Part shown: piece by piece, positions 1 to 14,237 of the stretch
Layout: each line of letters begins with the position of its first letter
How positions within the stretch are numbered: position 1 is the stretch's first letter
NCBI RefSeq assembly: GCF_009914755.1
Contig: NC_060929.1
Length of the DNA: 64,000 nucleotides
Strand: one strand, 5' to 3'
Source: the human T2T-CHM13v2.0 reference genome, Homo sapiens
Made by a program: the position numbers and the translations under genes
Notes under the pieces: generated by a model
The model's input: only the letters and a program-made list of their open reading frames with translations
What the model was told of the DNA's origin: nothing
Database searches by the model: none

Positions 1-2297
1 CTTTGCCCGGCAGACTCAAAGCAGAAGCTCCCCATGGCTGAGCGACTGCACACAGCAGAGAACTGAGCAGCAGGGTTGGAGGACATCGCAGGGGGTGGCT
101 GCAGAGACCCTGGACATGCACCTTGCTGCCTCTTCCCAACACAAGGCATGCCATTGACCCGGCGTGTGCCTGCCCAGCCTCTGCTCTGGCCAACTGTGCC
201 ACCCATGGGGCCTCCAGCTGTGAGGCCTAACAGCCCATATGCCTGGCAGCCGGCCCTCTGACAAGCTCACGGGTGGGACTGAGACACCATCCCTCTCTGC
301 TCTCTTCCCTCTGCATCTGAAGTGAATGAATACATTCATGTTTCAGGAGGAGAAGATCATAACTGTCAGGACTGTCACAGCCAGGCAGCAGTCATGTGGG
401 GACTCTGTTCCTTTGAGCTTCAGTGTGGCTTTCTTGGGTTTGCAGATGACATTCAAGTGGGAAGGAAGAGGATGGCACTTTCCCCCTGAGAATGACTTCC
501 TGGTCCAGGTGTGGTCCTGGAGGCGGTAATTCTTCGCTTTGATCTTTGTCCCTATAGTTCCTGTCTTCGGGGTGGGGTTCTCGGTCCCTCATGGCCAGGA
601 TGTTGCCCCCTCTTCTGCAGTCCTTCCTCAACCCTGGATTCCCTTTAAAACTCTGCTTCCCAGGGCTTCCTCTCTGGTTTCACGGGGCGACGATTTCACC
701 TTTTGAGCTACCAGCAGGGTCCCAATCAAGGCAAAGGAGATGTGAAGAAGCGAGTGTGGCTTCCCTGAGGTTTTCACAGCCTCTCAAAGCTGCTGTTGAT
801 CAATAATAAATGGAATCCCAAGCAGACAGCTCCCAAGTCAAGCTGGAGCAGGCAGCAACTCAGGAGGGGCATTCGGGGCGATGCCCAGGCTCAGGTCACA
901 CAGGATGGCCCCAAGCATGGATAGCTCCTTCCAGGCCACGCCCTGAGAGTCTGGCTTGCCTTAGCCTCTTCCTGCCCTTTGCTGGAGCCTCCTCCTGGGC
1001 TGAGGAGTGCCCATGGTGTGCATCAGGGTGATAGCCCTGACTGCCAACCTGACATTCAGGGCCACAACTGGGAGCCCTGTTGTTGGGAGAATTTACACCA
1101 TGGGAACTGGCAAACATGGTGAACCAGCCACTTCTTACAACTGTTCTTCTCCCAAGCATGGGTTACCTGGTTATTAAGTATATTGTCCTTCCTCAGCCCA
1201 GCTAATTCTAACATCTTCTCTTAATTCTAACATCAGTGCCCACCTTGCTATAGTATGGGGGCTTTTAGAAAGCAGGGAGAAAAGCAGTGAGTGAGCATCT
1301 GTTCTTTTCATGGTGGGAAGGCAGCTGTGTGGACCATGAGAGGGTGCCTCCTGCAGCACATGGGGAGCACCTGCCCCAGCAGACTCCCAGCCTGGCAGTG
1401 GGCACTGGCCAGTCCTGGGTGTGTTTGGTGGAAGCCTCTCCATTTTCAGTCCCAGAAGGAGTCTCCTTGTTGTGACATCTGTAAAAAGGAAGACCCTCTA
1501 GGAGGAGACAGTGCCCCCAAAAAAGGGCCAGTGTGGCCTCAGCAGGGCCCTCCTGGAAGAGGGTGCTTGTGGTTCTGGCTTTTTCTCCTCTGCTTCTGTG
1601 ATGGGGCCTGTAGACCCAGCTGCTCAGACTGTGGGGCTGTGGGCAGGCTGTTCCTGGTCCCATAAGAGGGTGAAAGGTCTCACCTGAAATGCTGCCCTGC
1701 TTCCCTGTGTGGATGACACCTTCTGGGAGGTGTTTAATTTTCCAAGGCCCTTTGAAGGACCCCACAGATCCTTCAATTCAGTTCAAAACTAGGCCCAAAG
1801 GTATGGGGTCAAGACAGACTGGGCTTGGGAAGTACCTAGAGTCAGGGTGGTAACTGTCCTTGCACTGGTGTGGGCTCATTCTGAGAGGGGAGGAGACTGG
1901 ACGTGGGGAATTCCACACACACTTCAGTAGAAAATATCTTGAGGGGACATAGGGACAGATAGTCCAGTAATGGAGGTTCTTCTTCCAGTATGGGAGCTAC
2001 GCCCTTCATCTGGCATTCACTACTGGAGCCGAATGAACAAGGGAGACCCTACTCAGTCCTATAAAGAAGGGCCTTGTGCAGCCGGACAAAACCTGGGAGG
2101 TCCAGCCCTAAAAGCATGTAACTGTGGACCACTAGAGGGTCTGTTCTGTTCTGCGGAGTTCACCTGAAGTCCACCATATCTAGGAATTCAAGAAAGAAGA
2201 AAACTTAACAGGCACACAAAAATGTAATGTGAGTAGAAATTTGAGTAAAAAATAAAGTTCTCTATGAAATGACAAGAGCTGCATTTATGGCTAAAGC

Positions 2298-2540
2298 GTT
2301 GTGTATCAAGGATTCCATAGGAATGGAACCTGACCACTACCATCCCTCCATCACCACCTTCTCCTCAGCCCCACGTTGTGTTTCAAGCATGTCAATTTCA
2401 TAGGAGCGGAGCCTGACCACTGCTGTCCCTCCATCACCACCTCCTTCCCACCCCCGCATTGTGTATCAAGGATGTGAATTCCATAGGAGTGGAGCCTGCC
2501 CACTGCCATCCCTCCATCACTGCCCCCTCCCCAGCCCCGT
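2298..2540. repeat. Minisatellite, 3 diverged copies of a 77-83 bp unit
   Basis: Unit TTGTGTATCAAGGATGTGAATTCCATAGGAGTGGAGCCTGACCACTGCCATCCCTCCATCAC... starts at 2298, 2375 and 2458. Confidence 0.9.
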
Positions 2541-2984
2541 GCTACACTGCAGCTTCACTCGTGCTGGGCATTCCTACATATTTGTTGAGTGAACAAATGA
2601 GTTGATTATGCAATAGATTCTTGCATTGCTTCATAATAAATTATGATAAAGAAAATTAGAACTGAATCTCTTTTGAAACATTTGTCATGGTGATTTATGT
2701 CCAAGAAATGCTTTTATAAGCAGTCAATTTGTCGTATGAGTCTTTTTGGTTGTGACAGTGTTTATAATCCTGTACATTTTTATGAAGTATAATTACTCAA
2801 GCAAACAAAAAAGGGTATATCAGTTATTAAATTTTCTCTTATTCTCAAACAATTCTTTCTTAGACTGATGTGTATGACATCCTTCTAGTTACTTTTCCTC
2901 TCTCCCTCCTTCCTTCCTTCCCACTCTCCCTTCCCTCATCCTTTTTTTTCTATTCACAATCTTCTTTTTCAAATTTTAGAAATT

Positions 2985-3565
<581 letters not shown>

Positions 3566-3603
3566 ATACCCCAATCCCTCAGTTTACAGTCTTCTTTTAA
3601 TTG

Positions 3604-3631
3604 AATCAATCAATCAATCAATCAATCAATC
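3604..3631. repeat. (AATC)7 microsatellite
   Basis: Seven perfect AATC units. Confidence 0.95.
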
Positions 3632-4039
3632 GATTTAATGTCCATTCGCCCTGGAGGTCTCAGTTGACTTATCCCCAAAAACACCTCCAGGAAGCAGGAT
3701 GAACTTCCTGTAATGGCCATTTGTGTTGATGTGGCAGATACTTTCAATAGAAAAAGTGTTCCATATACTCACCAAATTAATGATTTCCCTTGGGAATAAG
3801 CAGTTCACAGTCAGGTTTTGTTCTATGGATCTCTGTCTACCTATCCATCTCTATCCACTAAATGTGTTTTCTTCTGATTCTATGTTCCATACCTACAAAT
3901 TATCAGAGACCCAGATGAAAGTTACACCTCTATACTGCCAATTACAGCAGAAAAGATCTGCATCTTTTAAAAGGGTTACTTGACTGCTTTAAATTTGAAG
4001 TTGTTTACTCATTTTATTCCTTTTGAAAATGATGTTTTA

Positions 4040-4326
<287 letters not shown>

Positions 4327-4934
4327 GAAAATGATGTTTTAGAAGTAACCTCATGACCGGCAAGAACAGAGTGTGGTTCTTGACCACTGTATGAGGAAAG
4401 CCAATGAATGCAGAGGGAGGCTTGCACCTGACTCCAGTTCACGGCGCTGCCTTTCTCTCCTTTATTCCTGCTGTACTTGCATTTAGATGACTTTCTTAGA
4501 AGTTCAGTTGCAGGGTAACCCCGTCCCATTGATCTGAGGACACATGGTGCTGGGGGTTTTGATGGACACAGAGAATCCTCTCCCCGCCTTTCAGATAGGA
4601 ACTATTTGGAGCGGTTCTTGGCTCCCATCCAGGGCAGTCACCATTCTCCCTCCTGATCACTTAATCCATCAGAGGGAAGGACAAGTGAGAGAAAACACTG
4701 CTGCTTTCAAGTGTTTCCAGATAGAAGCACAATCCTGTTGCTTGGGTCTTTGTGAATGGGTTCTCTTTAAGAACAGGGATGTGAAATAAGAACCAGCTGA
4801 GTTCAGGATGCGCCAATCAAGCAATTTGTATTCAGAAAACTTCAACAATATATCTAAACCAAACGCTCTGTTTCAGCTTTGATCAGTGTATGAACAGTAT
4901 GGGAATGGAGCAGGCTGAGGAAACCACTAGACTC

Positions 4935-5060
4935 TGGCTGAATAGCGGGGCCCCGCCCTCGGTAGGTGGGGAAAGTCACTGGACCATTCCAGGTCTCAGT
5001 TTCCTCATTTGTAAAATGGGAAAGTAAGAATGCGTGCTTTAGGTATTCCAAGGATTCCTG
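4935..5060 (+). mobile_element. MIR fragment
   Basis: MIR core CTCAGTTTCCTCATTTGTAAAATGGG at about 4995-5020. Confidence 0.65.
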
Positions 5061-6008
5061 AGGACACACATACATGGTTTGAACAAATTGTCTGGCTCAG
5101 ATTAAGTGTTTGGAAACTCTCTGGAGGTATTAGCGTACAGACGAAGCTCGGATCTAGGCAGGCAGAGCAGTTTCACCTACATCGCAGGCAGTTTACCGAG
5201 CATTCAACACCATGAGCGGCTCCGTGGAGGGAGATTTCCTGAGGTTTCCTGGAAGCTCAGACCTGCAGGGCTTGGAAGAAAGTTGGCCTCAAGTGGTCCC
5301 TAAGTCCTGTGCATTCCCAGAGGGTGATGCTGTCCACACTTCTCCTGAGGATAGAAGGAGGCCCATTCTCACTGCCAGACTGAGGGCTTTCCGAGTCAAT
5401 CACCACCAGTGTAATCAGGACACTCCACTTCAAGGGATTGTTTGGAGCAGCCAGATTCTTTCTCTTCTCTCGCTATCTCTTCTTTGTCCGCTAGGTCCCC
5501 AGTTCTCTCCTGGCCATGGCTGGGTGGAGGGTCTGTCCTGATGCTCAGAGAGTCAGCTTGCACCGTGGGTGGAGGGCTGATGGCTTTTTAATTGGGTGTT
5601 GAGTCTGTGGACATAAAGAGAGTCCAAAGCCATCCCATTTGGAGGGGGTGGAGGGCAGATGAATCATTTTGCATTTTAATGCTTCCAGGGAACTTGTGTT
5701 AGTTTTCCTTTTTAATTTTATTTTTCTTTCCTGTTTGGACAACCTTGAGAAGTTTAGAAATGGTCTTAGGATCTTTATAACAGTGATTTTTTTTCCAAGT
5801 TAATGTTGGCAGAACAAGAGTTGTTTTAGTCTTACTTTGGTTTGTAAATGATACTTGTTTTAATTTTATGTTGTGAAGAACTGATTCAAACTGACTTACA
5901 GTGTTAGAAACAAAGATGCCTAACATAATTCTTGTTTTATCTCACCAAAATTAATTATTGTGTGAGCGAGTGAACCTTTTAATTTAGGTTTATGTTACAG
6001 GGAATACA

Positions 6009-6655
6009 CAGTCATCTCTCAGTGACCCTGGGGGGCTGATTCCAGGACCCCCTTAAATACCAAAATCTATGTATGCTTAAGTCTGTTATATAAAATGGTG
6101 AAGCATTTGATATAACCTATGCACATCCCCCGTATACTTTAAATCATCTCTAGACTACATATAGTACCTAACACAATGTAAACACTAATAGTGGTTATGC
6201 TAATTATTTAAGAATAATGATGAGAAAAGTCTGTTCATGTTTGCCATAGACACAATTATTTTCCAAATATTTTATTTCTTTTTTTGCCCATTTAATAGTC
6301 ATATTTTTACATTTTTTTTTATCTCTATAGGTTTTTGGGGAACAGGTGGTGTTTGGTTACAGGAATAAGCTCTTTAGTGGTGATTTCTGTGAATTTGATG
6401 CACCCATCACCCGAGCAGTGTATACTGTACCCATTGTGTAGTTTTTTATCCCTCATCCCCGCCCACCCTCTCCCCTGAGTCCCCAGAGTCCATTGCATCA
6501 TTCTTATGCCTTTGCATCCTCATAGCTCAGCTCTCACTTATGAGCAAGAACATACCATGTTTGGTTTCCCGTTCCTGAAATAGTTTCCAAATATTTTCTA
6601 TTCTCCATGAGTTGAATCTGCAGGTGCAGATCTCAGGGGTTTAGAGGACTGACTG
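6009..6655. mobile_element. MER2 (TcMar-Tigger non-autonomous DNA transposon), split by an L1 insertion
   Basis: Termini CAGTCATCTCTC...GAGGACTGACTG followed by TA. Internal TTCCAGGACCCC, TATAACCTATGCACATCC and TAAATCATCTCTAGA resemble MER2. Confidence 0.8.
6274..6583 (-). mobile_element. L1PB 3' end inserted into MER2
   Basis: TTTTGGGGAACAGGTGGTGTTTGGTTAC...GCACCCATCACCCGAGCAGTGTA is the L1PB 3' UTR. 14-bp TSD TTTCCAAATATTTT at 6260-6273 and 6584-6597. Confidence 0.85.
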
Positions 6656-6674
6656 TACCTGTCATCACAAACAC

Positions 6675-6905
6675 CGGCCTGAGTGGTTCTGGGGTCCCAC
6701 AGTCAGGATTGTAATCCCAGCTCGTTGCTGTCTAGCTGGGTGATGTTGGCACATCATCCCAGCTCTAGGGGTATTGGCATCCTTATCTGAAAAGTGAGGT
6801 AACGGTCCCCTCCTTTAGCTGTTGTGAGGAACACGTGAGATGACGTGGGTGAGGTGCTCATTTGGGCACTGGGGCCTGGCCCACGGTGCGTGTTCATAAA
6901 TGTCA
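6675..6905 (+). mobile_element. MIR
   Basis: AATCCCAGCTC...TAGCTGGGTGA...ATCTGAAAAGTGAGG...TGTTGTGAGGA...GCCTGGCCCACGG...ATAAATGT follows the MIR consensus order. Confidence 0.7.
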
Positions 6906-9168
6906 CCAATCACTTGCAGTCTGAAATATGTAGAGAATCTTTTGCCTTCTTTCTCTCCCTCTCTCTCCCTCTCTCTTTCTCTCTCTCTCTCCTGTGCTGG
7001 CTCCTTAGGTAGTGGGAGGGTGGGAGGGGTCTACAGAAGCAGAAGAAAATGGCATGAACAGGGAGGGTTGTGACGGTGCCAGCACCAGGGCTGATTTTAT
7101 TAGAACCTGGAACCCAGAAGCCCAATCTCAAAGTCCTGAAGCCACAGGCATCACCCACTCATTCAGACTCTCTTAAACATGTATTTAAAATACTTCTGAC
7201 TGCATTTGACAGATGATAACTTTTCAATCTGGTATACATTCTCTTGTCTCCCTGCATGCTTTCAATTCACCTGCACCCCTCTCACTCAGCGCAAAGCTCA
7301 GCCTCTTGCCCAGGCAGCCCTGCCATTGCCCAGAGAGCAAGCCGGCCCTGTTCAGCCCAGAGGGCATTTCTGAGCTTGCAATGGCCCCTCCCAAATGCAT
7401 GCTCCAGGGGCTATTCTTCGCAGGCATCTGGTCAGAAAGACAAAGGAGAAAAGGGCCCCCGAAGAGCATCCTCTCCTGTGAAACAGAGACCACAGGCCTC
7501 CTTCATCCTCCGCTGAGCTGGGGGAGAATGAAATGAGATTAAGGGTGAGAGCAATTAAAAATGTGAAACTACGGCTTCCGTGCACGCCATGGTTTGCCCA
7601 GGACCTGTTGTTCATAGACGTCCGCCTTCACATTTTCTAAGTGCAGAGCTCTGTGCTTCTTGTGAGGCTCAGTTACGTGAAAAGCACCAGGAGATTCCTG
7701 AAATACAAATTCCCCTGAGCAGGGGCCAGGCTTGTCTCTGCTTTAGCCCAGAGGAGACAGACGTGCTCCTGAGTCCCCGTGCCTCCCGCCCATGTGTAAG
7801 GTTGGCTTCCAAGATGGGGGACACCTAATAGGAAAAGCCAGTATCCACACTGGAAGAAGTGGGTCATCTGGGCGCCCTCGGTGGCTGATCCCGCACCTGT
7901 GATCCCGCACCTGTAAAGCGTGTTTGCACAGATGTTGCCCACCGGCTCCCAGGCTGCCCTCCAGGTGCCCCTGTCCTGACTGGCCTGCTGTGCCGGGGCT
8001 GGCGTCTGACAGGCTCATCAGCAAAAATGCAGCTGTGTCAATCCGGGAGCATCAGAAGTCGAGGCTGTCCCTGCTGGGTTTCAATTTTGACCAAGTGAAA
8101 TGTCAACATTTTTTTTTATTATCAGGAAGTCTTTTAATAGATTTTCAACATTAGACCTTAGGTCACAGAAAGAAATACAGGGCAGAAAGATTAGACCAAT
8201 CCTCTCATTTGGCTTTGCTGAAACCGGTTATATTCACCCTATAAATAGTTGGCCCCGTGCAACCTTGAGACTTTTGAAAACCCAACTACAACCTCCAGTC
8301 AGGGAGCTCAGGGAAAGCTTTGCTAACAAAATGTCATGAGGTTTACAAACCTAAAGGTGTCCCAGAATCATGTCTCCCTCTCTGAGTGAATCTAACACCT
8401 CCCCACGGAACACCTCCTTCCTCCTCGGCCTGCTGGGACTGAGTCCAGTGCTGTGTGCGCACCGCACACAGCGTCTCCGCATGGGAACAGAGCCCCTTGG
8501 AAAGCAAGGCCCACCCAGAGGACCCCACAGGCCTATCCTGTGAGAAAGTCCCCACCCTGCCACCCCTGGTCCCTCTGTCTCTGGGGAGCCCAGGAGCCTT
8601 TTTCTCTCACTAGAGCCCTGTGACCCGGGGCGGGGCTCGGCCCAGGCCTTGACCTCCCCTCTGGACCTTGTCTAGGCTCTTCACAGCACCCCTGGCTTTC
8701 TCCAGCCTGCAGGGACTTCTCTCTAACCTGGCTGGACTACTACTGAAAAACTCATTTTCAAACTTTTTCTGCTGAATCGACTCAATTGTAAACATCTTTG
8801 AAGAAGAACTGTATGTTGTAATGAATTATTTCACCTCTGGCCTGTTTCTCTCATGGCATTGAGCACCACGCTCGTGACAGGTGATGCCTTTTTATTGGCT
8901 CATTTATTAAAGGTATCATGTAATCTGCAAAGTAAATATCATGCAAATAAATGGTAATAAAAGATACACCTTGGAGCCCATACTATAATTTAAGAAGACA
9001 CGCCATCACCTCTCAGGGATCCTATATGCCTTCTCGGATGCTGTCGGCATTTGACTCGCATCTCGAATTTCTTGTTCATAATTCTTTGTTACTACTTACG
9101 GTTCTATCAGGAGCGGTTGCTCACTCAGCCACATATTGTTACTTTTTTGCACATAATTTCATCTGTAG

Positions 9169-9522
<354 letters not shown>

Positions 9523-9979
9523 TAAGTTTTGAATGCTAGTTCAATCAATTTCACACTGCATGCTGTTTCTTCAGACGAAAATATTGCAACCTATCCATTC
9601 TCTTGTCCACTAACATCCAGCTTCTTCTATATTCTTCTCTTCTGGAAACCTTCTTGTACATGATCCCTGAAATAGATGTGAGAGTTTCCCTCTAGTATAC
9701 ATGTGTAGGAATGGCCTCGCTGGCTTGTTGGATACACACATCTCCAGTTTTATGGAATATCGTTGTACCCATATCAGCTGTGAGTGTTTTCATTTCTCCA
9801 GTATTCTTGGAGAGATAATTTCCATATGGTAGTGATGGATATATTGGTTGTTCCAATATGATGATTAGAAATTGTTCTCTTTGAGGGTTTAATTTGCATT
9901 TCCCTAATGTGGACTATCTTTTCATACGTTCATTTGTTTTTCCTGTGTTTTTTCTTTTGTTAATTCTCCTATTCACACC

Positions 9980-10335
9980 TGTATTAGTCTGTTTTCACTC
10001 TGCTGATAAAGACATACCCGAGACTGGACAATTTACAAAAGAAAGAGGTTTAATGGACTCACAGTTCCATGTGGCAGGGGAGGCCTCACAATCATGGCGG
10101 AAGGTGAAAGGCACGTTTCACATGGCGGCGGACAAGGGAAGAGGACTTGTGCAGAGAAACTCCCTTTTATAAAACCATCAGATTTCGTGAGACTTATTTA
10201 CTATCACGAGAATAGCATGGGAAAGACCCACCCCCATGATTCAATTACCCACCAGATCCCTCCCACAACATGTGGGAATTGTGGAAGCTACAATTCAAGA
10301 AGAAATTTTGGTGGGGACACAGCCAAACCATATCA
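9980..10335 (-). mobile_element. THE1B-like solo LTR (ERVL-MaLR)
   Basis: TGTATTAGTC...GGGGACACAGCCAAACCATATCA, 356 bp, with a perfect 5-bp TSD ACACC (9975-9979, 10336-10340). Confidence 0.93.
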
Positions 10336-10689
10336 ACACCTTTTGCTCTTTTTTGTTTTAGGTTGTAATTTTCTTGTGTACATCAAGAAACTTATATATG
10401 CAGTATAAAATATGCAGTGTAAAATTCTTTGCATTAAGAAGCTTATATATGCAGCATAAATTCCAGATACTGATTTTTCATTGTTGTGTGTGTTGCAAAT
10501 ATCTCCTGTTAGTTTTTAGGCACATTTCTCACAATTTCTTTATACAGCTTTATTGAAATTCTTAATTTTAATATATCGTATAGTTTATTTATGCTTATTC
10601 CAAAATGACAGTTTTTTTCTCTTATTAATAAAACTTTTCCTATACTAAGGTGACAAAGATATTCTGCCTATTCTATTGTAAATTTTTTT

Positions 10690-11018
10690 TAAACAACATA
10701 AATGTATCTCTCATGATTCTGGTAGCTGGGAAGTTCAAGATCAAGGTGTGGGCTGAGTCAGTTTCTGGTGAGGCCTCTTCCTAGCTTGCAGACAGCCCCT
10801 CTCCCAGTGACCTTACAGGACCTTTCTTTGGTGTATGCACATAGAGAGAGGAGTGGGGTGGGCAGGGAGAGCTCTGTCTCTTCTTATGAATTCACCAATC
10901 CTTTTGGTTTAGGATCCCACCTTTATAGGGTCCTAATTGCCTAGTAAAAGCCCTATCTCCAAATTCAATCACACTGGGGCTAGGACTTCAACATATGAAA
11001 TATTGGGGCTCCCATTCT
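10690..11018 (-). mobile_element. MLT1A-like MaLR LTR (partial)
   Basis: AAACAACATAAAT...GCTGGGAAGTTCAAGATCAAGGTG...CTTCAACATATGAA. Confidence 0.8.
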
Positions 11019-11025
11019 GTTGCAG

Positions 11026-11320
11026 GTATATTCATCCCATGAAATACTACTCAATAATGCAAAGGAGCGAGTGACTGAATTTCACAGACACTGTGAGTGA
11101 AAGAAGCCAGATACTGAGGAGTACATGCTTCGGATTCCATTTAAATAGTGACAGGATTTAAAGAGTATTTGACTGTGGGTGAGGGGAAGTTAGCTAGGGA
11201 GGGGGTACAGGGGAAACTTCTTTGGCAATGCTTTGTCTATATTGGGGTGAGAGTTACATGGGTGTATATATTTGTCAAAATACATGGACTGTACACTTAA
11301 GACCTGTGCATTGTGTTTAG
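11026..11320 (+). mobile_element. Old L1M (L1ME-like) 3' fragment
   Basis: GAGTGAAAGAAGCCAGA...GATTCCATTTA...TTACATGGGTGTATATATTTGTCAAAA...TGTACACTTAAGA. Confidence 0.7.
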
Positions 11321-11328
11321 ACTATAGA

Positions 11329-11508
11329 TTTTGTTTTGTTTTGGTATGGTTTGTTTTTTGAGACAGGGTCTCACTGTGTCACCCAGGCTGCAGTGCAGTG
11401 TGGCACAATTATGGCTCACTACAGCCTCGACCTCAGGGGCTCAAGTAATCCTCTCGTCCTGGTCTCCCAAAGTGCTGGGATCATAGGTGTGAGCCACCAT
11501 GCCTAGCT
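11329..11508 (-). mobile_element. Monomeric AluJ-like element (left-arm 5' end joined to right-arm 3' end)
   Basis: About 150-bp body plus (TTTTG)n tail. The 5' part reads CCCAGCACTTTGGGAG (left arm) and the 3' part reads GCTGTAGTGAGCC...GAGACCCTGTCTC (right arm). Confidence 0.8.
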
Positions 11509-11614
11509 TGTGTAAAATACCTTAACGAAGCAAAGGCAACTAACTAAGACACCTCCCTGGTGATTTTCATGCACTCCCAGGTTAGAGGGTGCTATTTTGG
11601 TAGAGAAGTTCCAT

Positions 11615-11825
11615 TTTATTTATTTTTAAAAATAATTTCAACTTTTATTTTAGATTCAGAAGGTACATGTGCAGGTTTTTTACGTGGGCATACTGTGTGA
11701 CAGTGAGAGTTGGGGTAGGGATCACCCCATCACTCAGGTAGTGAGCATAGTAACTAATAACCGGGTTTTCAACCCTTTTCTTCCTCCTTTCTCCCTCTCT
11801 CCCCCTAGTAGTTAGTCCCAGTGTT
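11615..11825 (-). mobile_element. Old L1PA/L1PB 3' end
   Basis: CAACTTTTATTTTAGATTCAGAAGGTACATGTGCAGG...CCCATCACTCAGGTAGTGAGCATAGTA. Confidence 0.8.
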
Positions 11826-11829
11826 CTAA

Positions 11830-14200
11830 CATTTTAAAGTTTTCATCAGTAATTGACTTTTATATATGATTAGTTATCTCATATAGATAACCAATTGCTC
11901 TGGTTAGATCTTATCGAATAGTTCATCAATAACCGATGATTGCAAGCACTTCTGTCCTATTTCATTTTCACCTATGGGTAGGACTCTTTCTGGACTCCAT
12001 TCCGTACCGAAGACGTTCTAGACAGAATCCTTTGTCAGTTATACACTCTCTTCCTTGCCGTGGCTGAATGCTAATATCTGATAGAAACAAATCCCAACGC
12101 CATGATTTTCTTCAGTAATATCCTGTCTGTGAGACTCATCTTTAGAAATTGTGTATCAATACTGATTTTTATGTCAGTTCTTATCCATTATTTTTCAAAG
12201 GAGATATAATCTCTCACTATTGTGGTAGATATTTTAATTTATTCAAAAATGTAATTTTTGCTGTATTTATTTTGGAGTTCTACTATTTTTACAAGATTAG
12301 AATTTATATATCTTTCTGGTAAAATTATATGTTTCCATTTTTCTGGGTGGATTATGCACTAGTGTGGCTTTCCTAGCTAATATCTATTTTGTCTGAGGTT
12401 AACATCATCATACCAGCTTTATTTGAATTAGTAGTTGGCCTGTGACTTCTTTTTCAGTCTTTTAATTCCAAACTTTCTGTAATCTTTTTTAAGAGGTCTA
12501 TTTTTAAAAGCATATTGATGAATTTAATTATAATTATTTTAACAATAAGTCTTTAAACTAGAAGTTTACATTTTTTGTGATTTCCAATACATTTGGATTT
12601 ATTTACAAATAAATCCATGTGTGTTATACTCCGTAATTTTTTCTTATCTTTCTTTCTTTGGTTCTATTTTTAATTTTTTTCACATTCCTTTTTTTTTTAA
12701 TCCTCAACTAGCTTGCAAAATGAAGACTTTTATAACTCCTTTTACTGGTTTTCATAGGAGTTGTAACAAGGTTTTTTAACTTGATTAATCCCAAGTGAAA
12801 TAGATCCTTACTTTCCTTCTAAACAGTAAAAGAGACTTGGATTTCCTTCAGTTTAATCACATCTTTTATATTGCGTGCTATCCAGCATTTTATAGTTTCT
12901 AATATTTTATTTCTGTATTTTATTTCTTAGCTTGGCACTTTTTCACCCTATTATTATTGTTTCTAAAGGCAATGCTTGTTGATATTTACCATCATGTGTA
13001 TATTTTCTCTGTTGCCCATTTCTTTTTGCATTCCAAATCTTCCTTTGGGGTTGCTTTCTTTCAGACTGTAGTGAACACTCTCAATTTTTCTTTGTCAGAA
13101 AAAATATCTTCCTAGTGCCCTCGTTCTTTAAGATGGGGATTCTGGTGACAGCAACTTTCTGACTCTAGGTGACAGTAACTTTCTCTCAATATTTAGAAGT
13201 CATTCCATTGTCTTCTGGTTTCTACTAGTGATTTTGAGAAATCAGCTTTCAGTTTGGATGACTTTCCTTCATAGACAGCCTATCTTTTATTTCAACTTGG
13301 TAATAAACTTCTCAGTTTCTGATTACAGGAAAACATCCTCATTTGCCCTCACTCTTGAAGAGTACTTTGGGGCATCCAATTCTGGGTTGGCGGTCATTTT
13401 TTCTTTCTGGCTTCATTGAAGATCTTGTCTTTGCCTTTGATGTCCTACAAAGTCACCATCGTACATGTAAGTGACAATTCATTTCTGTTTATAATTTATT
13501 TGGCTTTCTTCATATAAAGATCTTTTTTTTGCCCACTTTGGAAACTTATCAGTCCTGATTTCTTCAAATATCTTCTTTTCCTAATTGTCTGTTATTTTAT
13601 TCTTCTGGTACCTAGATAGATGCATATTAGGTCTCATTTGTCTATTTTTCACTCTCTTAGTGTTTCTTTTCATTTTTGATTATCTCTGTTGAATTAGGAG
13701 TACTTTCTTTAGGCATACATTCCAGTTCATTTCTCTCCTCAGCTGTGTCTAACATTTATCTAATAGCTAATATTCGAATCTCCATTGTTTTTCTTACTTT
13801 AACTACTACATTTTCCATTTCTAGAGATTGTATGTACTTATTTTACAAGTCTGCCTATTTACTTTGATAATATTCTATTGTTTTCTCATATCTTCAGTAT
13901 TCTATTTTTCCTTTCAACATATTTAATATAATATCAAGTATTAAATATATTTTTACTCTAGTAATTCAGTTATTTGAGATCTCTGTGATCCTTATTGTGT
14001 TGGTTGTTTCATTTACTTTTCCGCTGAATTTGGAAAGTAGTGTTTTGTTTTCCCAAATGCTCTGTCACTTTTTTTAAAGAATTATAAACTCATGATTATT
14101 AGAACCTTATCCATGAAAAATTCTTGAAGCTTTTGTTTAAGGCACATTTTTTTCCAGAGAGATCTGATGACTTCAGCCAGGTTCCTGAGTGCAGAGTCAA
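11830..14200 (-). mobile_element. Highly degraded ancient L1M/HAL1-like sequence (approximate bounds)
   Basis: T-rich strand asymmetry with L1-like motifs such as CATTCCATTGTCTTCTGG and ATTTCTTCAAATAT. Confidence 0.45.
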
Positions 14201-14237
14201 GTCAGGAACATTTTATTATCATGAGTTCTAACTTCTC

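Noticed and set aside
7870-7915. CTCF-like GCGCCCTCGGTGG and the adjacent 14-bp duplication
   Set aside because: The motif is one base short of the CTCF core spacing, and the duplication is a trivial slippage event.
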